A DNA stretch of 64,000 nt from Patescibacteria group bacterium. Lineage in GTDB: Bacteria > Patescibacteriota > Microgenomatia > 0-14-0-10-38-17. Shown one piece after another: positions 39,217 through 49,497 of the stretch. Numbering within the stretch: position 1 is the stretch's first letter; the number at the start of each line of letters is the position of its first letter. A program made the translations under genes and the position numbers. The notes below the pieces were generated by a model. The model worked only from the letters and a program-made list of their open reading frames with translations, searched no databases and was not told the origin of the DNA. The stretch lies in NCBI GenBank assembly GCA_050953885.1, contig JBMNNJ010000001.1, positions 271,437 to 335,436 on the forward strand, read 5' to 3'.

Positions 39217-40614
39217 ATGAAAAGAATCCTTTTTGTTTTTGTCTCTATTTTATCATTAATCTTTTTGGCCGCTCCGGCTTGGGCCCAAGAAACAAACAAG
39301 TTTGGCATCCATATTCTTGATCCGGGTGAATTACAACAAGCCACCGAGTTGGTTAATTCCAGCGGCGGCGATTGGGGCTTTATAACCATTGTTATCCGCG
39401 ATGATGACCGCGATTTTGAAAAATGGCAAAATTTTTTTGATCAATGCCGCCAGCTTCATCTTATTCCCTTGGTACGCTTAGCCACTCATAACGAAAATGA
39501 AAATTGGGTGGCACCTAAAAAAGAAGAAATCAGCTCTTGGGTAAATTTTTTGGGCAATCTTAACTGGCCAACCAAAAACCGCTATATTATTGTCTTCAAT
39601 GAGCCAAACCACGCTAAGGAATGGGGAGGAAAAATTGACCCTCCCCATTATGCCCAGATCCTTGACGAGTTTATTTCCCAGCTTAAAAAAGCTAATCCTG
39701 ATTTTCAGGTGTTGCCAGCAGGCTTTGATTTGGCTGCTCCTAACTCAAAAACTACCAAAGATGCCCTAGCTTTTTGGCAGGAAATGAATAAAGAAGTGCC
39801 GGGAATTTTTGAAAAAATTGATGGCTGGGCTTCCCATTCCTACCCAAACCACGGTTTTTTGGGAAAACCGCAAGATTCGGGGCGCACCAGTATCCGTGGT
39901 TACCAATGGGAACTAACCGTTCTTAAAAGCCAATTTGGAGTCAAAAAAGACCTTCCTGTTTTTATCACCGAAACAGGCTGGCCGCATCAAAAAACTCAAA
40001 ACTCAAATGTGAAAACTAAAAACTTTTACCGTCCAGAATTAGTTGCCGAGTATATCGAGGCCGCTTACAAAAACGTCTGGCTAGCGGATAAAAGAGTGGT
40101 TGCCGTTACTCCTTTCACTCTCAACTACCAAGCCGAGCCACTGGATGTTTTTTCCTGGTTTGATAGCCAAAACCAGCCTTACCCCCAATACGAAAGAGTA
40201 AAAAATTTACCCAAAAACGCCTGGTGGCCCCAGCAGGAAGAAAAATGGGAAATTTTAAGCATTAAATTTCCTCAATTTATGCCTATCAATTCTAGTTATG
40301 AGGGAAAAATTGTTCTCAAAAATACCGGTCAGTCAATTTGGGGTGAAAAAGAAGCTTTTGTTTTAAAATCCAATTCTCCTTTCTCTACCGATCTTTCTTT
40401 AGATAAAAAAATTCTCCCTGGCCAAAGTGCAGAGCTGTCTTTCACAATTTTAAGCGGAGATGAACCCGCCATCATTAACCCTTCCTGGCAGGGAATTGAA
40501 GAAACAATTAAAATCAATGTTTTTAACCCCGCCCAGATTAAAAGTTATCAAGATCATTTTTGGCAAAAAATGCTTTCTTTAGTGCGCATCTGGTGGTATG
40601 ATAAAAAGCAATGA
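39217..40614 (+). CDS. Secreted clan GH-A glycoside hydrolase with C-terminal Ig-like domain
   Basis: Signal peptide; FNEPN acid/base, ITETGW nucleophile, HSYP; LKNTGQSIW. Confidence 0.75.
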   Translation: MKRILFVFVSILSLIFLAAPAWAQETNKFGIHILDPGELQQATELVNSSGGDWGFITIVIRDDDRDFEKWQNFFDQCRQLHLIPLVRLATHNENENWVAPKKEEISSWVNFLGNLNWPTKNRYIIVFNEPNHAKEWGGKIDPPHYAQILDEFISQLKKANPDFQVLPAGFDLAAPNSKTTKDALAFWQEMNKEVPGIFEKIDGWASHSYPNHGFLGKPQDSGRTSIRGYQWELTVLKSQFGVKKDLPVFITETGWPHQKTQNSNVKTKNFYRPELVAEYIEAAYKNVWLADKRVVAVTPFTLNYQAEPLDVFSWFDSQNQPYPQYERVKNLPKNAWWPQQEEKWEILSIKFPQFMPINSSYEGKIVLKNTGQSIWGEKEAFVLKSNSPFSTDLSLDKKILPGQSAELSFTILSGDEPAIINPSWQGIEETIKINVFNPAQIKSYQDHFWQKMLSLVRIWWYDKKQ

Positions 40615-42698
40615 AAAAAACTAACCGCTTAAAATTTCTTTTCGAGCCAAGATCAATCGCCGTTATTGGCGCTTCGCGCTCACCCAAAAAAATTGGCCAT
40701 CTCATCTTTAAAAATATTATTGATAATGGCTTTAGGGGTAGGATTTTCCCAATCAACCCCAAGGCAGAAAAAATCTTAAACCGCCCTGCTTATTCCTCAA
40801 TTGTCAATATTCCTCAACTGGTTGACTTGGCAATTATTGTTATCCCCGCGCCGGCAGTTGCTCCTGTTTTGGAACAAGCCGCCAAAAGAGGAGTTGGAGC
40901 GGCGATTATTATCAGCGCCGGCTTTGGGGAAAGCGGCTCGGAAGGGCAAAAGAGAGAGGAGGAAATTAAAAAAATCACCCAAAAATACCCCATTCGTGTT
41001 TTAGGGCCTAATTGTTTGGGAATTATCAACCCCCATCATCAACTTAACGCCTCCTGGGGAGCCGCTTTCCCCGAAAAAGGAAGCTTGGTTTTCTTTTCTC
41101 AATCAGGAGCCCTAAGCGCCCCGGTCCTAGAATTTTGCCAAAAAAATAACCTTGGCCTTAACTGCTTTATTAGTCTGGGCAATAAAGTGGATATCAGTGA
41201 AACGGATGTTTTAGAATTTTTCGGCAAAGAAAAAAGAGCCCAAATTTTAGCCGGTTATCTTGAATCTTTTAAAAATGGGAAAGAGCTTGTTTCTCTTGCC
41301 CGAAAAATAACCGCCCAAAAACCGGTTATCATTCTTAAGGGCGGTATGAGCAAAGAAGGCGCCCAAACCGCCTCTTCCCATACCGCGGCTCTTTCCACCC
41401 CCAAAAAAATAACCCAGGGAATTTTTAGGCAAGGAGGAATTATCCCTGCCCAAAATTTAACCGAGTTTCTTAACTTTCTTCTTCTTTTCGGTCATCTTCA
41501 AGAAAAAAGAGGCGGTGAAAAACTAGCCATCATTACCAATGCCGGCGGCGCAAGCGTTTTAGCCGTTGACGCCCTATCTGACTCTTTTTTAAAACTTGCT
41601 TCATTTTCTTCCCCAACGGTTGAAAAATTAAAACAAGTTTTACCTCCTTTAGTAGCCATTAAAAATCCCTTAGATATTTTAGGCGATGCCGATGAAGAAA
41701 GATACCAACAAGTGCTGACTGTTTGCCAAAACGACCCTCAACTTGACTCTCTTCTTCTTATTCTTACTAAACAAAGCGGCACCAACCCGGAAAAAATCGC
41801 CCAAGCCTGCGCTTCCCAAGCCTCAAAAACTAAAAAACCGGTTATCTTTAATTTCTTAGGTGAGGAAAGCGTTTCTTTGGCGCAAAAAATCATTAGCCAA
41901 AAAAAATTAGTTAATTTCTCCTCACCTGAACAAGCCATTAACAGCTTAGCTACTTTTTCTTTCTACCAAGAAAAGATTCAAAATCAAAAAAAAGCAGCTT
42001 TGGTAAAAATAAAAATAGACCAAAGCGCCAAAGAAAAAGTAAATAATATTATCAAAAACGCCTTTAAGGAGGGAAGAAAACAGCTTAACGAAGCCGAAGG
42101 ATTGGAAATTTTAAGAGCCTATAATATAAGAACTCCTAAGTTTATTACTTGGAGCAAAAAAACACCACCAAAAGACATCGCCAAAACGCTCGGTTTTCCT
42201 CTTTTTGTTAAAATCCTGAAGCCTATCATTATTCATAAAACTGACCAAAAAGCGGTTATAAAAGTAAATAATAACCAAGAGCTAAAGAAAGCCCTTAAAC
42301 AAATGAGCCAAAAATTTTCTAAACCAGAATTTATTCTCGAAGAGGCAATTAAAGAAGGGGTAGAGTTAATTTTAGGAGTAAAATACGACCCTTCTTTTGG
42401 CCATCTTTTAATGACCGGCGCCGGAGGAATTTATACCGAAGTTTTAAAAGATAATTCTTTCCGCGCTCTTCCCCTTGCTAAAAACGACGCCCAAGAAATG
42501 CTTGAGGAGCTTGCTATTTACCCTCTTCTCCGAGGAGCACGTGGTAAAGAAGCAGTTAATCTTAGCAAAATAAAGCAAACCCTTCTCGCTCTTTCCCAAT
42601 TAGCAACTGACTTCCCCCAAATTAAAGAGTTAGACCTTAACCCCCTTGTCTGTTCTCCCAAATCAGCTGTTGCCGCCGACATTAAAATTCTTCTTTAA
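40611..42698 (+). CDS. Acetate-CoA ligase (ADP-forming), fused alpha/beta
   Basis: PRSIAVIGAS, GPNCLG, SQSGAL, ASSHT, NPLDILGDA, HKTD, ELDLNP. Confidence 0.92.
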   Translation: MKKTNRLKFLFEPRSIAVIGASRSPKKIGHLIFKNIIDNGFRGRIFPINPKAEKILNRPAYSSIVNIPQLVDLAIIVIPAPAVAPVLEQAAKRGVGAAIIISAGFGESGSEGQKREEEIKKITQKYPIRVLGPNCLGIINPHHQLNASWGAAFPEKGSLVFFSQSGALSAPVLEFCQKNNLGLNCFISLGNKVDISETDVLEFFGKEKRAQILAGYLESFKNGKELVSLARKITAQKPVIILKGGMSKEGAQTASSHTAALSTPKKITQGIFRQGGIIPAQNLTEFLNFLLLFGHLQEKRGGEKLAIITNAGGASVLAVDALSDSFLKLASFSSPTVEKLKQVLPPLVAIKNPLDILGDADEERYQQVLTVCQNDPQLDSLLLILTKQSGTNPEKIAQACASQASKTKKPVIFNFLGEESVSLAQKIISQKKLVNFSSPEQAINSLATFSFYQEKIQNQKKAALVKIKIDQSAKEKVNNIIKNAFKEGRKQLNEAEGLEILRAYNIRTPKFITWSKKTPPKDIAKTLGFPLFVKILKPIIIHKTDQKAVIKVNNNQELKKALKQMSQKFSKPEFILEEAIKEGVELILGVKYDPSFGHLLMTGAGGIYTEVLKDNSFRALPLAKNDAQEMLEELAIYPLLRGARGKEAVNLSKIKQTLLALSQLATDFPQIKELDLNPLVCSPKSAVAADIKILL

Positions 42699-42715
42699 TG
42701 ATATAATTAAAGAAA

Positions 42716-42788
42716 GCTCCCGTAGCTCAACGGATAGAGCGACTGTCTTCGGAACAGTAGGTTGGAGGTTCAAGTCCTCTCGGGGGCA
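42716..42788 (+). tRNA. tRNA-Arg(TCG)
   Basis: actgt-ct-TCG-ga-acagt. Confidence 0.94.
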
Positions 42789-42796
42789 CAAAAACT

Positions 42797-44032
42797 TTAT
42801 AAATATCTTTTCCCCTGGAGCTTCTTGGGCAGTAATGACTTATTTTTAGGATATTTTTCGTATCCCCGGCCATAGCCTAATTCTTTCATTAGTTTTGTTG
42901 GCGCGTTGCGCAATTCCAAAGGGATAGGCAAATTGCCATATTTCCTCACGTCCTCCAAGGCTTTCATATAAGCATTATAAGCGGAGCGATCTTTTTTGGC
43001 CAAAGACAGGTAAACCGCCCCATGGGCTAAGTTTTCCTGGCATTCCGGGTAACCGATCGTCTGGCAGGCCTGAAAAACAGCATTAGCCACCACCAAGGCC
43101 GTGGGTTGGGCCAAACCAATATCCTCGGAAGCAAAAACAACCATGCGCCGGGCGATAAATAAAGGATCCTCGCCGGCCTCAACCATCCGCGCTAAATAAT
43201 ACAAAGCCGCATCAGGATCCGAGGCGCGCATCGACTTAATAAAAGCCGAAATCGTATTGTAATGCTCCTCGCCAACCCGATCATAGAATAAAGAACTCTT
43301 TTGTGCCGCCTCTTCAATATATTGAAGAGGAATAATATTATTTAATGAACTACTATTTTTTGCTTTATCATATAATGTATAGGCAATTTCTAAAATATTC
43401 AGCGCTTGACGGGCATCGCCATACGCCGCTTCTAAAAGAAAATCACGGGTTTTTTCCTCAAGCTTTACCCCTAACTCTTTTAAACCCCGGTCAACAATCG
43501 TCGCTAATTCTTCCCGACTTAGAGGATTTAAAACTAAAACCCGACAGCGGGAAAGAAGGGGAGAAATAACCTCAAAAGAGGGATTTTCCGTGGTAGCTCC
43601 AATTAAGGTAATTGTCCCGTCTTCAACAAAAGGAAGAAAAGCGTCTTGTTGAGCTTTATTAAAACGATGAATTTCGTCAATAAAGAGAATGGTGCGCTTA
43701 GTCCTCTTTTCTTTTTTAAAAGAAAGCTGTTGGCTTGCTTTGATGTTTTCTCTCGCTTTCTCAATAACTTTTCGCACGTCGGCCACTTTTGCCGAAACAG
43801 CGGAATACTCAATAAAATTAGCATCGGTTGCTTCCGCAATTAAACGAGCCAAAGTAGTTTTACCGCAGCCCGGAGGACCCCAAAGAATTAAAGAAAAAAG
43901 CTGGTCCGCCTCAATCATTTGGCGTAAAATTTTTCCTTCTCCCACTAAATGTTCTTGACCTACAAATTCATTTAGATTTTTCGGTCTAATCCGTTCCGCC
44001 AAAGGAGGAAAACCGGCGGCTATTTTATCCAT
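42797..44032 (-). CDS. rarA: Replication-associated recombination protein A (MgsA)
   Basis: PLAERIRP, GPPGCGKT, DEIHRFNKAQQD, GATTENP, ASEDIGLA. Confidence 0.96.
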   Translation of the reverse strand: MDKIAAGFPPLAERIRPKNLNEFVGQEHLVGEGKILRQMIEADQLFSLILWGPPGCGKTTLARLIAEATDANFIEYSAVSAKVADVRKVIEKARENIKASQQLSFKKEKRTKRTILFIDEIHRFNKAQQDAFLPFVEDGTITLIGATTENPSFEVISPLLSRCRVLVLNPLSREELATIVDRGLKELGVKLEEKTRDFLLEAAYGDARQALNILEIAYTLYDKAKNSSSLNNIIPLQYIEEAAQKSSLFYDRVGEEHYNTISAFIKSMRASDPDAALYYLARMVEAGEDPLFIARRMVVFASEDIGLAQPTALVVANAVFQACQTIGYPECQENLAHGAVYLSLAKKDRSAYNAYMKALEDVRKYGNLPIPLELRNAPTKLMKELGYGRGYEKYPKNKSLLPKKLQGKRYL

Positions 44033-44067
44033 ACTTATATTTTACTACGATCATTCCATCATCCCTC

Positions 44068-44149
44068 TTGACAAAACTATAAGGTTATGATAGTATACAA
44101 AATAGATCCTGGGGTTGCCTTAGTTTAAGGTTGACTCTGGGATTTTTTT
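44068..44149 (+). promoter_or_regulatory. sigma70 promoter followed immediately by a hairpin and U-tract
   Basis: TTGACA-N17-TAGTAT (44068-44096); stem gatcctggggttgcctta/taaggttgactctgggatt then T-run. Confidence 0.55.
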
Positions 44150-44236
44150 ATGGGATAAAATAAAGCCGTTTTTACCCCTTTGGCCTTTCTGCTAATCTTC
44201 TAAGAGGTATGCTAAAATGATAAAAATCTTATCTTG

Positions 44237-44318
44237 GCCGAAGTGGCGGAATCGGCAGACGCGCACGGTTTAGGACCGTGTGGGGCAACCCGTGGAGGTT
44301 CAACTCCTCTCTTCGGCA
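44237..44318 (+). tRNA. tRNA-Leu(TAG)
   Basis: cacgg-tt-TAG-ga-ccgtg. Confidence 0.94.
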
Positions 44319-44359
44319 CTTGTTTATTTTCTCACCCAAAAATGGTAAACTTTCGTTCA

Positions 44360-45298
44360 ATGGTTATTTTCAACAACAAACAAAAAGGAATGCTCCTCCT
44401 GCTACTGGCGCTCTTTTTAAGCTTTCTGACAAAACCGGCGGAAGCGCTTTCTCCTGCTGCTAATCTTAGCCAAATAGAAGAGGCCACCGCTTCTCTTGAG
44501 GCAAGCAAAACCGCCGAAGCAAGCGAGGCAGCCGAAAAAGCCAAGGCGGCCGCAAAATTAACGGAAACTACTGAAGAAGTAAAAGGGCGGCTTGAGTCAA
44601 TTCTTGATAAACAGAAATTAGGACCGCTTACAGTTGCCAACTTTATAAAATACGCTATCCGCCAAGCCGCCGAAATGGGGATTCCCCTAAACACCATTGT
44701 TTTAGTTTTCCTCGTCCCTGTGGCGGCCACTCTGATTGCCTTTTTCCGCTATGTGGTTGGTTTTTCCGGCTTTGGTATCTTCACCCCGGTAATGATTTCG
44801 GTGGCTTTCATCGCCACGGGACTTGGCCAAGGCCTTATTTTATTTTTGGTAATTCTTTTTGTCGCAATTTTATTCCGCTTCCTCACCCGTCGCTTAAGGA
44901 TTCATTTCTTGGCGCGGATGTCTCTTTTGCTTCTCTTTATCTCTTGGGGTGTCTTTGGCTTATTCTACTTTGGTCCTAAAGCAGGTTTTGATCAAGTAGC
45001 CGATATTTCTATCTTCCCCATTTTAATCATGATTCTTTTGGTAGAAAACTTTATGGAAATTCTTATTGGTAAAAGCCGTCGTGAGGCCTTCCAGATGACA
45101 TGGCAAACTCTGCTGGTGGCCATTGTTGGTTATTACCTTTTCAACTGGAGTTGGCTTCAGGAACAGGTTTTGCTTCATCCGGAACCAATTTTTTTGTTGG
45201 TCATTCTTTCTAACCTTTTTTTAGGCCGTTACACAAAACTACGCCTGTCAGAATATCCCCGCTTTTGGCCGATCATCAAAAGTAAAAAACCATCATGA
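44360..45298 (+). CDS. 7TM domain protein (7TM_transglut-like) of an ATP-grasp operon
   Basis: Multiple TMs; [21 protein letters not shown]...[13 protein letters not shown]; start moved downstream of the tRNA. Confidence 0.8.
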   Translation: MVIFNNKQKGMLLLLLALFLSFLTKPAEALSPAANLSQIEEATASLEASKTAEASEAAEKAKAAAKLTETTEEVKGRLESILDKQKLGPLTVANFIKYAIRQAAEMGIPLNTIVLVFLVPVAATLIAFFRYVVGFSGFGIFTPVMISVAFIATGLGQGLILFLVILFVAILFRFLTRRLRIHFLARMSLLLLFISWGVFGLFYFGPKAGFDQVADISIFPILIMILLVENFMEILIGKSRREAFQMTWQTLLVAIVGYYLFNWSWLQEQVLLHPEPIFLLVILSNLFLGRYTKLRLSEYPRFWPIIKSKKPS

Positions 45299-46581
45299 GC
45301 CGTTGGAACGATGTCTTGGGCAAAAACGCCCGTAACAACCGCTACCTTCGCTTAAATACTAAAAAGGGGCGACAAATTGCCGACTCTAAACTTAAAACTA
45401 AAAAAATTTTGCGCCGTTATCAACTGCCTGTCCCGGACCTGATTAAAACTTTTTCTAAACCCGCCACTATTACCAACTTTTCCTGGGAAAATTTACCGGA
45501 AAGTTTTGTTTTAAAACCGTCTCAAGGCTTCGGGGGAGGGGGCATTTTGGTTATTAGAAGAAAAGGGCGCTGGGCAGGAGAATGGGAATTAATGAATGGA
45601 AAAACCGTTGACATCGCCGCCTTACGCTTTCATGCTTTGGAAATTCTTGGGGGCCGCTTCAGCCTTCATAGTTCCCCTGACCAAGCTTTTATTGAAGAAC
45701 GGGTTAAGATTGTCAAAGCTTTTAGTAAATATGCCTATCAGGGCACACCCGATATTCGCGTTATCGTTTTTAACCATGTTCCGGTGATGGCCATGCTGCG
45801 GCTTCCCACCGCCGAATCTGAAGGCAAGGCCAATCTTCATCAGGGAGCGATTGGCGTCGGCATTGATCTAGCTACCGGCATTACCACCCAAGGAGTTTAT
45901 CGCAACCGGCCAATAAAATATGTCCCGGGCACAAAAAGAAAACTTAACGGTCTGAAAATTCCTTATTGGGAGGAAATTCTTCTTTACGCGGTCCGCACCC
46001 AAGAGCAGATTCCTTCTTTGGGTTATTTGGGGATTGATTTTGTTATTTCCAAAAGCAAGGGGCCGCTTATTTTAGAGCTTAATGCCCGCCCGGGTCTTTC
46101 TATCCAAATTTGCAACCAGACCGGTCTTTTAAAAAGATTGGAAAGGGTAGAACGCTTAGAAATTAGAAACGCCGAGCACGGCGTCAGGGTGGCCAAAGCT
46201 CTCTTTGGCGAGAAATTTACCGAAAAAGTAAGCAGCAAGGAAATAACTCCTGTTTTGGGAATTATTGAAGAAGTGGAAATTAAAAATAAAGAAGGGAAAA
46301 AGGTTAAGGTTTTAGCCAAAATTGATACCGGTGCCAGTCGCAGCTCCATTGATGAAGAGCTGGCGAAAAATTTAGGCTTATTGGAAAAAAACAAGATTGT
46401 TTCCTCCAAGAAATATAAAAGCAGCCTTGGCGCCCACCAGGAAAGGCCGTTAATACCCCTCACCTTTTTCCTGCGAGGACGAAAAATTGAAACGCTAGTA
46501 AATGTTTCCAACCGAAGCCACCTGCAAACTAAATTCTTGGTAGGCGCGCCCGACTTGCGGGGATTTTTGATCAAGCCGTGA
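45295..46581 (+). CDS. ATP-grasp (alpha-L-glutamate ligase-like) protein fused to a retropepsin-like protease
   Basis: KPSQGFGGGGI, PDIRVIV, GKANLHQG, LELNARPGLSIQ; C-terminal AKIDTGASRSSID. Confidence 0.87.
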   Translation: MSRWNDVLGKNARNNRYLRLNTKKGRQIADSKLKTKKILRRYQLPVPDLIKTFSKPATITNFSWENLPESFVLKPSQGFGGGGILVIRRKGRWAGEWELMNGKTVDIAALRFHALEILGGRFSLHSSPDQAFIEERVKIVKAFSKYAYQGTPDIRVIVFNHVPVMAMLRLPTAESEGKANLHQGAIGVGIDLATGITTQGVYRNRPIKYVPGTKRKLNGLKIPYWEEILLYAVRTQEQIPSLGYLGIDFVISKSKGPLILELNARPGLSIQICNQTGLLKRLERVERLEIRNAEHGVRVAKALFGEKFTEKVSSKEITPVLGIIEEVEIKNKEGKKVKVLAKIDTGASRSSIDEELAKNLGLLEKNKIVSSKKYKSSLGAHQERPLIPLTFFLRGRKIETLVNVSNRSHLQTKFLVGAPDLRGFLIKP

Positions 46582-46663
46582 GAGACGAGAAAAATGCAAA
46601 TAACTTGTAATGCGTAATAAGCAAACGCAAAAAACAAAGCCTAAATAAAAATTCAAAGACAAT

Positions 46664-46803
46664 AAATAAACTCAAATCTCAAATGTCAAAACTCAAAACT
46701 ACAACTCAAAACTCAAATCTAAAAAACAACTTTAAGTTTTAAAAAGTTTTAACATTTGCCATGTAGTTTTGCCATTTGACATTTGCGTTTTGAGTTTATT
46801 TTT
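46664..46803 (+). mobile_element. ~140-bp MITE-like element, copy 4 (uninterrupted reference copy)
   Basis: Terminal inverted ends aataaactcaaa / tttgagtttatt around the conserved core. Confidence 0.82.
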
Positions 46804-46848
46804 CGTGTCTATTCGTTTTTAATTCGTGTCAATTCGTGTTTTCAAAAT

Positions 46849-47739
46849 ATGAAAAAAACCATCGCTATTTTTAGTAGCAATCCCCATGCCTACGCGCCGC
46901 ACCGGTTTGCCGAAGAGGCAAGAAAAAAAGGTTTTTCTGCCGCTACTTTTGGCTACCAAGAGGTTGATCTTTATTTTACCTCAAAAGGAGAAAGAAAAAT
47001 CTTCTTGAAAGAAAAAAAAATAACAGAACCGTTTTTGGGGGCAATTTTTCGCTCCTCAAGAAACCCTCACCATATTTTTACCCCCCAGCGCGATTGTCTT
47101 CTAAATTTTTTTCTTCAACAAAAAACCATCGTCTTAAATCAAACTATTTATCAAAAGTGGCCCATCTTGGACAAAATTACCGAACATCTTGTTCTTTCTC
47201 AAAATAAGCTCCCCCTCGCCGCCTCTTGGATTTTTGGTTCTTCCCCAAAACTTAAAGAAAAAATAAAATTGCCGGCGGTTTTAAAATTTTATTTAGGCAG
47301 CCATGGCTCGCGAGTATTTAAGGTAAGAAATTCTCACGAGCTTAAAAAAATTTTAGCTTATTTCCCCGCTGAAAACCTCCTTGTTCAGGAAATCCTGCCC
47401 GAAGGCGAAGATTTACGGGTAATTGTTCTTGGCGGAAAAGCCTTAGGGGCAATGAAAAAAAAGGCCGCGCCGGGAAAATTTGTTACCAACTATTCTGCCG
47501 GCGGTAGCGTCAGTCCCTATAGTCTTAACAGCGATCAGTCAGCCAAGGTTTTAGCCGAAAAAACCGCCAAAATTTTTAAAGCTGATTTTTGCGGCGTTGA
47601 TTTAATGAAAGACACCCAGGGAGAATGGCGAGTTTTGGAGGTAAACACCGACTGCCAATTTGAAGGTTTTGAAAAAGCCACCGGCATCAACGTTGCCCAA
47701 AAAGTTATTGAGTTTTTGATTAAGCAAAAAACGTGGTAA
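46849..47739 (+). CDS. RimK-family ATP-grasp ligase
   Basis: GSHGSRV, VQEILP..EDLRVIVLGG, TNYSAGG, GVDLM, LEVN...FEGFEKATG. Confidence 0.88.
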   Translation: MKKTIAIFSSNPHAYAPHRFAEEARKKGFSAATFGYQEVDLYFTSKGERKIFLKEKKITEPFLGAIFRSSRNPHHIFTPQRDCLLNFFLQQKTIVLNQTIYQKWPILDKITEHLVLSQNKLPLAASWIFGSSPKLKEKIKLPAVLKFYLGSHGSRVFKVRNSHELKKILAYFPAENLLVQEILPEGEDLRVIVLGGKALGAMKKKAAPGKFVTNYSAGGSVSPYSLNSDQSAKVLAEKTAKIFKADFCGVDLMKDTQGEWRVLEVNTDCQFEGFEKATGINVAQKVIEFLIKQKTW

Positions 47740-47751
47740 AATGAAAGTCTG

Positions 47752-48792
47752 GTGAAGAAAAAACTCATTATTCTCTCCATTATTGCCTTTTCTCTTTTAG
47801 CGGCGGCGCTTGTTTTCCGCTCCCCAATTGGGGCCCAAGAAATTGCCACCGGGAGAGTAGAGCGGAAAAATTTAACCGAAAAATTAACCGTTTCCGGCGA
47901 GGTTAATGCCGAGGAAAAAGCCTCCTTGAAATTCCAAACCAGTGGCCTTTTATCGTGGGTAGGCGTTAAAGAAGGCGATTGGGTAAAAAAAGGTCAGGCA
48001 ATTGCTTCCCTGGATCAGCGGGAATTAAAAAAACGGCTGGAAAAAGAACTTAATGATTATATGACCGTCCGCTGGGATTTTGAGCAAACCCACGAGGACT
48101 ATAAAGACTACAAAGACCGCTATCTTTTAACCGACGAGATGAAACGAATTTTAGAAAAAGCTCAATTTGGCTTAAGCAATGCCGTTATTGACGTTGAGCT
48201 AGCGGATTTAGCGATAAAATACGCCACTATCACCACTCCCATTACGGGATTGGTCACCCATATTGACACCCCCTTGGCGGGAATAAATATCACCCCGGCC
48301 ACAGCCACTTTTGAAATTGTTAACCCGGACTCGGTTTATTTTGAAGCCCGCATCGATGAGCTGGAAATCGGCAAAATAAAAGAAGGGCAAACGGCAATTA
48401 TTACCTTAGACTCTTATCCGGAAAAAACTTTTGCAGGGGAAATTACCGCCATTGACTTTGCCGCCTCAACGGTTGGGGGCAGTAAAGTTTTCTTAACCAA
48501 AATCTCCCTCCCCGCAAATTCCGACCGGCAATTTCGTCTTGGCATGGGAGGAGATGCGGAAATTATCCTAAACGAAAAAGAAAATGTCTTGGTTGTTCCC
48601 GCCGAAGTTCTTGTTAGGCGAGAAAAAAATTTCGTTTGGGTGGTTGATAACGAAGGGAAAGCAAGGAGAAAAGAGATAGAGGTAGGGCTGGAGACCGATG
48701 AAGAAGTAGAAATCGTGGGCGGCCTCGAAGAAGGAACAGAAATTATCACTAAAGGAATAACCGGTCTTAAAGAAGGCCAAAAAATCCGTTAA
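47752..48792 (+). CDS. MacA-like efflux adaptor subunit
   Basis: VKEGDWVKKGQ, ITTPITGLV, GMGGDAEI, VEIVGGLEEG. Confidence 0.88.
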   Translation: MKKKLIILSIIAFSLLAAALVFRSPIGAQEIATGRVERKNLTEKLTVSGEVNAEEKASLKFQTSGLLSWVGVKEGDWVKKGQAIASLDQRELKKRLEKELNDYMTVRWDFEQTHEDYKDYKDRYLLTDEMKRILEKAQFGLSNAVIDVELADLAIKYATITTPITGLVTHIDTPLAGINITPATATFEIVNPDSVYFEARIDELEIGKIKEGQTAIITLDSYPEKTFAGEITAIDFAASTVGGSKVFLTKISLPANSDRQFRLGMGGDAEIILNEKENVLVVPAEVLVRREKNFVWVVDNEGKARRKEIEVGLETDEEVEIVGGLEEGTEIITKGITGLKEGQKIR

Positions 48793-48804
48793 TTTTCCCC
48801 TTTT

Positions 48805-49497
48805 ATGGCTTCCCTTCTCAAATTGGAGCAGGTCTCCAAAATTTACCAGATGGACGGAGTAAAAGTAGAAGCGCTTAAAAATATTTCTTTTAAGGTTTGC
48901 AAAGGTGAATTTTTGGTTATTATGGGCCCCTCCGGCTCGGGAAAATCAACCTTAATGCACCTAATCGGCCTACTTGATCGACCAACAGCTGGCCAAATAT
49001 TCTTAAACGGCAAGCCGGTAAGCAAACTTTCTGAAAAAGAGCAGGCGCGTCTGCGTAATAAGGAAATTGGTTTTGTTTTTCAATTTTTTAATCTTCTGGA
49101 ACGCACCTCGGCCCTAGATAATGTTCGCTTACCACTTTTTTATGCTGGCGTAAAACCCCGGGAACAAGAAAAAAGAGCCAAAGAAGCGCTCGAACAAGTT
49201 GGTCTTGGCCATCGGCTAAACCATTATCCTTCCCAACTCTCCGGAGGAGAGCGCCAACGGGTGGCGATTGCCCGCGCTTTAGTTAACAATCCTTCTCTTA
49301 TCTTAGCCGATGAACCGACAGGAAATTTAGATTCGAAATCGGGAAAAGAAATTATGGAGATTATTGCCTCCCTTCACCGCGAGGGGAGAACAGTTATTTT
49401 GATCACCCATGACTCCTCTCTTAACCATTATGGACAAAGACTGATCGTTGTTAAAGACGGCCAAATTATCGAAGAAAAAAACTATGAAGCTGATTGA
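48805..49497 (+). CDS. ABC transporter ATP-binding protein (MacB/LolD type)
   Basis: [26 protein letters not shown]. Confidence 0.95.
   Translation: MASLLKLEQVSKIYQMDGVKVEALKNISFKVCKGEFLVIMGPSGSGKSTLMHLIGLLDRPTAGQIFLNGKPVSKLSEKEQARLRNKEIGFVFQFFNLLERTSALDNVRLPLFYAGVKPREQEKRAKEALEQVGLGHRLNHYPSQLSGGERQRVAIARALVNNPSLILADEPTGNLDSKSGKEIMEIIASLHREGRTVILITHDSSLNHYGQRLIVVKDGQIIEEKNYEAD

Noticed and set aside
44234-44359. N-terminal part of the 354-aa ORF
   Set aside because: It overlaps tRNA-Leu(TAG); the true start is downstream.
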